This document shows positions 35,578 to 43,167 of a stretch of 53,462 nucleotides of DNA, piece by piece. The stretch covers positions 1-53,462 of IMG/VR virus record IMGVR_UViG_3300021088_000015; one strand, 5' to 3'. Origin of the DNA: a virus (taxonomy: Duplodnaviria > Caudoviricetes). The first letter of the stretch is position 1. Every line of letters begins with the position of its first letter. Below the pieces are notes generated by a model that worked only from the letters and a program-made list of their open reading frames with translations, made no database searches and was not told where the DNA came from. Position numbers and translations under genes: made by a program.

Positions 35578-36206
35578 TGGCCGAGCAGATCGGCATCGAG
35601 GACGCCCGAAAGAACCTCGGCCCGCTCGTCCACCGGGTTCAGCACGGTGGAGCTGAGATCATCCTGACCCGCAACGGCAAGCCCGCAGCCCGCATCGTCC
35701 CGATCCCCCAGGAGCCCGCCGTGACCGACACCTACACCGACGCGATCCGCGACGCCTACCTTGGCGCCCGTAAGCGGCAGTGGGCCACCATCCACGACCA
35801 CGTCGCCGCCTACCTGACCGGAACACCCGCCGACCTGTTCGAGGTGCCGTGGTGGCGGGCGTGGTTCGGTAACACCCAGACCTCCCAGACGGCCCTGACC
35901 GTACGCCGGGACGAGTTCGCCGCCGCGCTCGGCGAGGTGGTCGACCTGGAGATGCTGCGGATCGCGGTCGCCACCGGCAGGCAGTACGACGAACCGGCGG
36001 TGCTGGCCGAGGTCGACATGGACGCCGCCTACCTGCGGGTAGCCGCATCCGTACTGCGCGCCATCGTCACCGAGGAACTGGACCTGGCGCGCAGGAGTGC
36101 CCTGTTCCAGGCCGAGGACGAAGACGGCGAGGTCAACGAGGAACTCGCACTGCGAGGTGTGGGAGAGCTCGAACAGCGCGTCCTGGCCATGCTGCCCCCG
36201 GAGTAA
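35577..36206 (+). CDS. Phd/YefM-domain protein with long C-terminal domain
   Basis: IGIEDARKNLGPLV.RV..G..IILTRNGKPAARIVP. Confidence 0.75.
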   Translation: MAEQIGIEDARKNLGPLVHRVQHGGAEIILTRNGKPAARIVPIPQEPAVTDTYTDAIRDAYLGARKRQWATIHDHVAAYLTGTPADLFEVPWWRAWFGNTQTSQTALTVRRDEFAAALGEVVDLEMLRIAVATGRQYDEPAVLAEVDMDAAYLRVAASVLRAIVTEELDLARRSALFQAEDEDGEVNEELALRGVGELEQRVLAMLPPE

Positions 36207-36218
36207 TGACCCCGCACA

Positions 36219-36257
36219 ACGAAACGCCCCGCCCTCCGAAGAGAGCGGGGCGTTCGT
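36219..36257 (+). terminator. Hairpin (CGAAACGCCCCG family)
   Basis: AACGCCCCGC...GCGGGGCGTT. Confidence 0.7.
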
Positions 36258-36318
36258 GCTGCCGCCCGTCCATGGCGCGGCAACTGCCCGATGGGTATCC
36301 GATGGGCCCGGTAGCCGC

Positions 36319-36334
36319 TCGAAGATCCGTTCGA
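36319..36334. promoter_or_regulatory. Actinobacterial LexA (SOS) box
   Basis: TCGAAG-ATCC-GTTCGA, one mismatch to TCGAAC-N4-GTTCGA; just upstream of TATCGT -10. Confidence 0.6.
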
Positions 36335-36354
36335 TTCGGGGCGTATCGTGGCAC

Positions 36355-36597
36355 GTGATGAACGACCGCCCGAACCCTGACCCGCAGTACGGGCCCCGGA
36401 TCTGCCCGTACGGGCACCCAATGCTGCCGGGCCGGAAACTGGTCGGCTGGTTGGCGTGTTTCTGTTTCTCCCCAGGACCGCAGCACGCTCGCGGGCACCG
36501 CACGTACCAGTGCCGGGCGTGCGAGGAGGCGGGGTGGACGACGGTGGCGTACTACCCGGCGCATCTCGGCGGCGGGCGGCCGGAGACGCGGTGGTGA
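36355..36597 (+). CDS. Small Zn-binding protein, putatively SOS-regulated
   Basis: CPYGH...VGW..CFC...GHRTYQCRAC. Confidence 0.7.
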   Translation: MMNDRPNPDPQYGPRICPYGHPMLPGRKLVGWLACFCFSPGPQHARGHRTYQCRACEEAGWTTVAYYPAHLGGGRPETRW

Positions 36598-36600
36598 ACA

Positions 36601-36645
36601 ACGAAACGCCCCGCTCCCATCGTTGAGTGGGGAGCGGGGCGTTCG
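36601..36645 (+). terminator. Hairpin (CGAAACGCCCCG family)
   Basis: AACGCCCCGCTCCC...GGGAGCGGGGCGTT. Confidence 0.7.
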
Positions 36646-36887
36646 GTGCTTCCGCCCGCTTACGTCCGCGCGAGGGAAGCAACCACGCGGTCAGCAGGAT
36701 CGGGCGCCCAGACGACGCTATTTCCCTAATGACCTGTCCGGCGTCAACCACGGTACGTCGGCCCGTAGATACAGCGCTGGTCAGGAGGTTCGGTACGCCC
36801 CGGCAAAGCCTGGGAAGTTCCCCGGGGTGCGGCATGTCGCTTGTCGATCCGTTGCCGACGATAGCGGATCAGGCCGACAGACCGCAG

Positions 36888-36933
36888 CGAAACGCCCCGC
36901 ACGTCAACGGGGAGAAGACATGCGGGGCGTTTC
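36888..36933 (-). terminator. Hairpin (CGAAACGCCCCG family)
   Basis: GAAACGCCCCGCA...TGCGGGGCGTTTC. Confidence 0.7.
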
Positions 36934-36991
36934 TGGAACTAGCCCGTTCCGGGATCAGACGGTACGCCCGCGATAGGCGGAGCGCCAGAGG

Positions 36992-37207
36992 TCAGCGGTC
37001 GAGCGCGGCCCGCACGAAGCAGTCCTTCGCCTCCAACAGCTTGCGAAGACCGGTCGTCAGCTCCGGCCCGTCCGGCAGCGCCGCGATCATCTCCGCCGCG
37101 AGGTCGTGGCACGGCTTGCTGATCGCCTGGAGGTGCTCGGGCAGGTGGGCATGAGCGAAGTGCTTGGCGATCCCGGCCGTACCGGGGTGTCGTCCTTCGA
37201 GGTCCAT
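36992..37207 (-). CDS. Acb2/Tad1-like helical-hairpin protein
   Basis: F..AHLPEHLQAISKP..DLA...LPDGPELTTGLRKLLEAKDCFVRA; resemblance recalled, not searched. Confidence 0.5.
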   Translation of the reverse strand: MDLEGRHPGTAGIAKHFAHAHLPEHLQAISKPCHDLAAEMIAALPDGPELTTGLRKLLEAKDCFVRAALDR

Positions 37208-37316
37208 CGGTCCCCTCATCTGAGGTCGGATTTATGAAACCGGCGCGGGATCGCGCAGGTCAGAGAGGGTGTGAAACCGGCGGCGATATTATCGCCCCGA
37301 TTCCCACACCCCCCGA

Positions 37317-38201
37317 TCAGGTGACAGGTGCCGTCCAGCTGGCCGCCCAGGTGGCCTTGTCGACGTGGCCCGTGACCGGCAGGTGCTTCTCCGCCTGGAA
37401 CGCATGGCACACCGCCTGCGACGCCGGGCCGTACTGCCCGTCCGCGACGATCCGCCACCCGCGCGCAGCCATCTGCCGCTGCCACACCAGCACGTCGGTG
37501 CCCTGCGTCGGGTCGACCAGCACCCGGCCCGGCCACGGCGGGGCAACGGGAGGCTTGCCCGGCGGGACGACCGGCGGCTTCACTGGCGGCTTGGTCGGAG
37601 GCTTCACCGGCGCCCCGCCCACCACCCACTGCCCGTAGTCCGCCTTGACGGCCCGGTCGAAGTCCAGGCCGACACCGCCGATCACGTGGTCGTTGCTGTA
37701 CTGCTGCAGCTGCGCCTTCGGCTCCCACTTCCCCCCGGACCAGGCATATGTCTGCCAGCCCCAGGTGATCTTGCTCGCGCTGAACGCACGGGAGACCGCG
37801 TCGTACCCGCCGTACAGCCCGACCCTGCCGCGCCCGATGACGGACGCCGCACCGTCCAGGTAGGCGTTGATCGCGGCCTGCTGCCCGGGCGTGGCCGGGA
37901 AGTCCGCAGCGAAGTAGATCGGGCGCCCGGTAGGCATCCCGCACGCCTTACCCTGCGCGTCGGCGTCGCGAGCATCCTGGGCTCCGGCTGCGTGCCCGCC
38001 GAGCGCCCGGCTGGCGGTGGACTCCCAGACGACGACGATCGCGAGACCCGCGTCCGAGAGGGCCTTCGCCTCGGCCTTCGTGAGGTTCTTGCCGCTGCTG
38101 TCGTGGCTGAGGTACCGGCAGGCGAAGTGCTCGCCCGCGCGGGTCAGTGCGGTGACGCCCGGACGGCCCCACGCGTAGTCAACGCCCTGGATGGTGGTCA
38201 T
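37317..38201 (-). CDS. Endolysin: DUF1906 (GH25-like) catalytic domain plus peptidoglycan-binding domain
   Basis: GVDY, FACRYLS, VVVWE, IYFAAD, WQTYAWS; KPP linker; DGQYGP.S...FQ...L..TG.VD..TW. Confidence 0.88.
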   Translation of the reverse strand: MTTIQGVDYAWGRPGVTALTRAGEHFACRYLSHDSSGKNLTKAEAKALSDAGLAIVVVWESTASRALGGHAAGAQDARDADAQGKACGMPTGRPIYFAADFPATPGQQAAINAYLDGAASVIGRGRVGLYGGYDAVSRAFSASKITWGWQTYAWSGGKWEPKAQLQQYSNDHVIGGVGLDFDRAVKADYGQWVVGGAPVKPPTKPPVKPPVVPPGKPPVAPPWPGRVLVDPTQGTDVLVWQRQMAARGWRIVADGQYGPASQAVCHAFQAEKHLPVTGHVDKATWAASWTAPVT

Positions 38202-38202
38202 C

Positions 38203-38454
38203 TCAGGCACCCCCCGCCGCGGCGTGCTCCACGTCGGCCGCCACCTGGGCGACGACCGGCGCATCGTGGACGACGTCCGCCGCGACCTTCTCAACGGCCG
38301 GGGTGTCCTTCACCGCCACGTGCTCCACTGCCCGCAGCCGGTCCATCACCTCCGTCACGAGCCCCTGCAGGTGCTCGGGGATGTCGTGCACGGCGGCCTC
38401 GAGCCGCTGGACCAGCGACGGCTTAGCAGGGGTTGCGGGGGTTGGTGTGGTCAT
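38203..38454 (-). CDS. Hypothetical protein in lysis cassette
   Basis: 83 aa, amphipathic. Confidence 0.6.
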   Translation of the reverse strand: MTTPTPATPAKPSLVQRLEAAVHDIPEHLQGLVTEVMDRLRAVEHVAVKDTPAVEKVAADVVHDAPVVAQVAADVEHAAAGGA

Positions 38455-38906
38455 GATGTTCCCTTCTTGGCCTTGCCGGCCGGTACGAACTCAACAGCGG
38501 GCAGCGAGCCCCGCTTGCGGAACCGCAGCGCCTCCCACAGCGGCGCCGGGGTGACGTGGATGCCGTAGTGCGTGCGGTGGTGGTTGCTGCACAAAACCTC
38601 GAGGTTGCCGGGCGACTCCACCCAGGCCTGGAAGTCCTCGTCGGTGTCGAAGTGCAGCCCGAACGCTTCCTCGACGCGCTTGGGGTCGGTGGCGTTGATC
38701 TGGGAAAACTCGATATGGGAGTGGTGCAACTCGGGCTGCCCGCCGCACAGGTCGTCGTCGATGACGCACTTCCACAGCCCTTGCCGTTTGATCCGGGCCT
38801 TGGCCTGCTCGAACAGGTGATAGTGCGGATCGTCCTCGCGGGCCTCGTGCTCGGGGATGGAGGTGAGCAGGTGGATGGTCAGGGGCTGCTGGTGGGCGGG
38901 CGTCAT
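38451..38906 (-). CDS. HNH-like protein in lysis cassette
   Basis: KC.....C...PELHH...NLEVLCSNHH...GIH. Confidence 0.6.
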   Translation of the reverse strand: MTPAHQQPLTIHLLTSIPEHEAREDDPHYHLFEQAKARIKRQGLWKCVIDDDLCGGQPELHHSHIEFSQINATDPKRVEEAFGLHFDTDEDFQAWVESPGNLEVLCSNHHRTHYGIHVTPAPLWEALRFRKRGSLPAVEFVPAGKAKKGTS

Positions 38907-39340
38907 CGGGTGCCTCCGATCTGGGCGATGTGGGCGACTTGGACGGTGCCGCAGGGCAGCACACCGACGGGCAGGCGGACGGTGACGACCTGCGCCACCG
39001 GGCACGCGGCCGAGGGCGGCGAAGGGGAAGGTCTCGGGCTCGGGCTGGGATGCGGCGACGGAGCGGGCTGCGGCCGGGTGACGCGGATGACCCGCTGGAC
39101 CACCACCACATCCGGAGGGGCGCCCGGCCGGCTTGTCGGCGCAGGGCTTGCAGACGCCGGCGCGGCCGAAGGCGAGGCGCCCGGCTGGGCCGTACGACGA
39201 GACAGGGCGCCCACCTGGTGGCGGAGACTGTCACGCTCGTGGATCAGGCCGACAATCGAGGAGGTCGCCAGCAGGGCCCCGCCAGTCAGCGCGATCACGC
39301 CGCTGAACACGGCCGCGTTCCGGGCAACGTCACGCATCAC
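38903..39340 (-). CDS. Membrane-anchored Pro/Ser-rich protein
   Basis: N-terminal TM, PSPSP repeats, two C-terminal Cys. Confidence 0.6.
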   Translation of the reverse strand: MMRDVARNAAVFSGVIALTGGALLATSSIVGLIHERDSLRHQVGALSRRTAQPGASPSAAPASASPAPTSRPGAPPDVVVVQRVIRVTRPQPAPSPHPSPSPRPSPSPPSAACPVAQVVTVRLPVGVLPCGTVQVAHIAQIGGTR

Positions 39341-39738
39341 TTCCCGCCTCTCGCGAGCAGGTACGCCCCCGCCGCGCCAGCCATGGCTGCGACGATGGCC
39401 CCGACCGCAGCCCAGAACGCCGTCCGGTTCCCGTGCCGTGTCGTTGTGAGCTCCTCCACGACACGGTCGATGCGGTCGTTCGTCGTCTGATCGACGCGTT
39501 CGATGCGATCGGTCATCGCCTGCTGGCTGATCGCGGCGGAGCGTTTGTCGGCCTCGTACACGGCCTGGAGGACGTACCTTTCGAGCCGTTCCACGATGGT
39601 TTGCAGGTCACGCGCGTTCTGGGCTTTCAGGTCGGCGTTCTGGGCTTTCAGGTCAGCGATGCGCCCGCTGGTCTCCTGGTGGTTGCGTTCCAGGGTCCGG
39701 CCGAGCTCCGCCATCGAAGGTGGCTGCTCCTCACCCAT
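39337..39738 (-). CDS. Coiled-coil protein with C-terminal TM (holin-associated position)
   Basis: ADLKAQN x2; FWAAVGAIVAAMAGAAGAYLL. Confidence 0.65.
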   Translation of the reverse strand: MGEEQPPSMAELGRTLERNHQETSGRIADLKAQNADLKAQNARDLQTIVERLERYVLQAVYEADKRSAAISQQAMTDRIERVDQTTNDRIDRVVEELTTTRHGNRTAFWAAVGAIVAAMAGAAGAYLLARGGK

Positions 39739-39760
39739 CACGTCACCCTCCCGGCGGCCG

Positions 39761-40375
39761 TCATGACAGGAACATGTAGAGGTAGGGGGACGCGCCCGCC
39801 GACGGGGTCGCCGCGGTGTGCGGGAAAGCGGGCGGTGCCGCCTGCGCGGTGTCGGACCCGCCGAACTGCGGGGGGAAACCGTTGACCGGTGAGGAGATCG
39901 CACCCCCCGCCGCGACCGGTGTCGGCATCGTCGTCGCCGAGATCATCAGCCCCGCGTAGTACAACCCCGAGTACGTCGCGGTGTACGACGTCGCCGCCCC
40001 GCTGGCGATCGTCGCGACACCCCAGTTGAAGGCGGAGTTGGCGGGGACCGCCGTGCTGGTCTTGTCTGCGGAGATCGCCACCTGGGCGTACGCGCTGTTG
40101 TACAGCGCGGCCCATTGGTGGGTGGGGGTGACGGCCGCGGTTCCGCCGTTCCCCCAGCTGAAAGTGCCGACGACCTGCCCGGCGACCAGGTAGACGGGCA
40201 TCAGGTTGAGCTTTCCGCTCACGATCGACGCGGTGTTCTGACACGCCCACCTGGGGCACGTTTCGGCGATCCCGGGGCAGTTCAGTTCGTCCCGGTACTC
40301 GCCCATCAGGTCCAGGGTGAGCAGGCCCGCGGTCACCCGCTGCCCGGCAGTGAACACCTGCGGCTGTACAGCCAT
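39761..40375 (-). CDS. Minor tail / receptor-binding protein
   Basis: FTAGQRVTAGLL N-terminus; beta-rich; last tail gene. Confidence 0.7.
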   Translation of the reverse strand: MAVQPQVFTAGQRVTAGLLTLDLMGEYRDELNCPGIAETCPRWACQNTASIVSGKLNLMPVYLVAGQVVGTFSWGNGGTAAVTPTHQWAALYNSAYAQVAISADKTSTAVPANSAFNWGVATIASGAATSYTATYSGLYYAGLMISATTMPTPVAAGGAISSPVNGFPPQFGGSDTAQAAPPAFPHTAATPSAGASPYLYMFLS

Positions 40376-40386
40376 GGGTCACCTCC

Positions 40387-43167
40387 TCATATCGACACGT
40401 AGACGGGGCGGGCGAGACGGATGTCCTCGCCCGCGAGATGGGACTTGCTGATCCCGTTGGCGGACCGGGTGACGGTGAACGTCTGCGGTGAGGTGGTCCC
40501 GGCCACGGCGGTGACGGTGACCGTCTCGCCGCCGATGCGCACCACGAACGGCCAGTCGCCCGCGTTCGTGGTCCACAGCGGGTTGCCGAGCGCCGTCGCC
40601 ACGGACCAGGACGTGGCCGTGGTGTTCACGCCGACGCCCAGACTGCTGCCGTCGGTGTCGAGCCGGTTGAAGGGCGGGGTGTCGAGGACCAGCACGTCGT
40701 ACGGGGCGGCCGGGGAGCAGTTGAGCGAGATCGTGAACTCGAAGTTGCTCATCGTCTCGGTGACGCCCTGGGCCAGCAGGTTGACGTCGTCGGGTGGCAG
40801 CCATGACGGCATCCCGGTCAAGGTCAGGACGCTGCCGATGTCGAGGCGTTGCACGTTCTGTGCCAGCGTCGGGTTCGCGACCATCTCGTTCGACGCCATG
40901 GCCACCTGCACCACCGGGAACCGCGCGGCGTCCACCGTGCCGAGGTTCACTCTCCAGGCCGCTTCGTTGATCAGCAGTGTGTCGGACTGGAGATTCAGGG
41001 TCGGGGTGTCGGGGTATCTGCCGACGCCGTTCGGGGGGTCCAGCGTCGACAGGGTCCCCGAATCGAGGGTCGCCCGCGCCGACGCGCCGCCCAGCCGGGT
41101 GACCGTGACGTCGTTACGGATCAGCTGATCGTCATCGATGGGTTCCAGGGTGCCCGCGAGCTGCCCGCCATTGTGGCTCAGGACCGCCAGGGGGGTCTGT
41201 GCCATCAGCGACGACCGCATGCGCAGGCCCAAACCGAACACGTCCCTGGGCTCATACAAGACGCCCCCGTCGGCGTCCGCGCAGCTTTGCAGCAGGTTGA
41301 TGATGGTGTCGGCGCCTTGCGGGCCCATCGGATTGGTCGTGAGCGGGTCTCCGACGGTGCGGGGGGTGATGCCCTCCTCCTGGCACAACCGCATGAACCT
41401 CGCCCCGGCCGCCTCGCCCGCGTTGCCGCTCAAGCTGGACTGCTGCGGCGGAAACCCCGCGCTGCTCACCGGGGCGGCGACACCCGGCGAGAACACCGCG
41501 AGATGCCCGAACGCGGTGTCGGTGATGTTCGCCGTTGTGTCGACCTGGATCTGGGTGACCTTGCCGAGGGTGCGCGTCCCCGACGTCCCCTGGGTGGTAC
41601 TGAACCCGGTGGCCGGCGTCCCGACCCCAAAGCCGGTCTTGATGACAGCCCCGCTCTGCTGCAACGTCACCGACACGCAGCACACCTCGCCGTTGGTGAC
41701 AGAGAGGGTGTTGAGCGTCGGATCCATGAGCTGCGTGCCGGTCTGTACGTCCCACGCGCCCAGCTCCAGCGCCGGCCCCGTGGTGTTCCAGATGACGTCC
41801 CACCGGGTGCCGCTCGACCCTGATGTGAAGAACCGCGCCACGACGGCGCCGTTCGGCATGCCACCAGGGCCGACGGCCATCACCCAGGCGACCGTCAGCG
41901 ACGTCCCGGTGTAGGCGGGAAGCTGCGCGTACCAGCTGCTGCTATTGAGCTGCGGCAGCGGCGCCGACCCGCCCACCCGGGAATCGGACGAAAGTGACGG
42001 CGCCCCGGTGAACAGCATCGCCTGCCCGCCGGTCGCCGACACCAGCGACGTGGACCCGGCCACGTCCTCGCACGGCCAATACGCGACCGCGCCCGGCTTG
42101 AACCGTGACGTGGCCCGGTAGATCGGCGACGGCGCCAGTGCGGTGCCCTGCCCGAGTCGGCGCAGGATCCCCGCACCCTCGATCGGCGTCCACACATCGG
42201 TCCCGCTGACGTCCCATTTCGGGGGGAACGACGACACCTCGCCGTGCATCCGATACCGGCGGTCGGTGATCTCCGTGCTGCCGTTCAGTGTCCAGGTGTT
42301 CCCCGCCGCGTCCGCGAAACTGGTAGCGCCGAGCGTCTGGGCGGTGAAGTCCGGGTTCGCGACCGCCGCCCCGCCGATGCCGTTCAGCAGCTGGAACGCG
42401 TTGATACGCCCGGCCATGATCGACGCGCCGGGCACCCTGCCCTGCCCGGTCTCGCCGAGCACGATCGGGTTCGTCCCGGCGAAGACCGAGGTGGCCCCGG
42501 CGACGATCGGCGCCCCGAGCTGCGTCCACGCCCCGCTGATCGTCGGCGCCGTCCAGAACGTCAGGGTTCCGGTCGCGACTGCCAGGGTGACGCGCAAGGC
42601 GAGCCGGGTGCCCGGCTGCGCAGAGACCGGCACGGTGGCGGAGACGGCGGTTTCGGCGGACCCGTTCGCCGACCACACGAACCGGGGCACATTGGACCCG
42701 ACCAGGTACAGGATCCAGGAGTTGGCGGTGCCGTTGAGGGTGTACCGCTGCGCCAACGTTTGGTATTGCGCCCAGTTGTCCAAGGTGACGTCGATCCTGA
42801 CGTCCAAGTCGCCGACGATATGGAAACCGGCCACGTCCGGGGCGGACACGTTGTCGAGCCCGTACCGGCCGGGAACCCTGAGGGCCTTGGTGCCATCGCC
42901 GGGCACACTGACCCTCAGCGGGGTGTTGCGGCCGATCTGCCCGTAGTACGGCGAGTTGGGGTTGCGGGGGGAGTAGCGGCCGTCCCTGTTGTTGAGGGCC
43001 ATGGTGGCGGTGCTCGCCTCGACGGACGACTGCTCGTCGGCGCGCCCCCGGTGAATGGCGATCTTGTCGTTGCCGCGCACACCGGTCGGCGAGGCCTGCA
43101 CCTGCGTCCACGTCCCGCCGAGCTGCAGCTCGACGCGGGCGTCCAGGGGGGTCGCGGGGAAGACCAT
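40387..43167 (-). CDS. Large minor tail (baseplate) protein with LamG-like domains
   Basis: I.RGRADE, LNNRDGRYSPRNP, AYWPCED, TVTRS.NG; follows tape measure. Confidence 0.85.
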   Translation of the reverse strand: MVFPATPLDARVELQLGGTWTQVQASPTGVRGNDKIAIHRGRADEQSSVEASTATMALNNRDGRYSPRNPNSPYYGQIGRNTPLRVSVPGDGTKALRVPGRYGLDNVSAPDVAGFHIVGDLDVRIDVTLDNWAQYQTLAQRYTLNGTANSWILYLVGSNVPRFVWSANGSAETAVSATVPVSAQPGTRLALRVTLAVATGTLTFWTAPTISGAWTQLGAPIVAGATSVFAGTNPIVLGETGQGRVPGASIMAGRINAFQLLNGIGGAAVANPDFTAQTLGATSFADAAGNTWTLNGSTEITDRRYRMHGEVSSFPPKWDVSGTDVWTPIEGAGILRRLGQGTALAPSPIYRATSRFKPGAVAYWPCEDVAGSTSLVSATGGQAMLFTGAPSLSSDSRVGGSAPLPQLNSSSWYAQLPAYTGTSLTVAWVMAVGPGGMPNGAVVARFFTSGSSGTRWDVIWNTTGPALELGAWDVQTGTQLMDPTLNTLSVTNGEVCCVSVTLQQSGAVIKTGFGVGTPATGFSTTQGTSGTRTLGKVTQIQVDTTANITDTAFGHLAVFSPGVAAPVSSAGFPPQQSSLSGNAGEAAGARFMRLCQEEGITPRTVGDPLTTNPMGPQGADTIINLLQSCADADGGVLYEPRDVFGLGLRMRSSLMAQTPLAVLSHNGGQLAGTLEPIDDDQLIRNDVTVTRLGGASARATLDSGTLSTLDPPNGVGRYPDTPTLNLQSDTLLINEAAWRVNLGTVDAARFPVVQVAMASNEMVANPTLAQNVQRLDIGSVLTLTGMPSWLPPDDVNLLAQGVTETMSNFEFTISLNCSPAAPYDVLVLDTPPFNRLDTDGSSLGVGVNTTATSWSVATALGNPLWTTNAGDWPFVVRIGGETVTVTAVAGTTSPQTFTVTRSANGISKSHLAGEDIRLARPVYVSI

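Noticed and set aside
39612-39657. 21-bp tandem duplication (ADLKAQN x2)
   Set aside because: Simple in-frame heptad duplication in a coiled coil
39761-43167. Diversity-generating retroelement or invertible tail-fibre switch
   Set aside because: No reverse transcriptase, no template/variable repeat pair and no invertase seen
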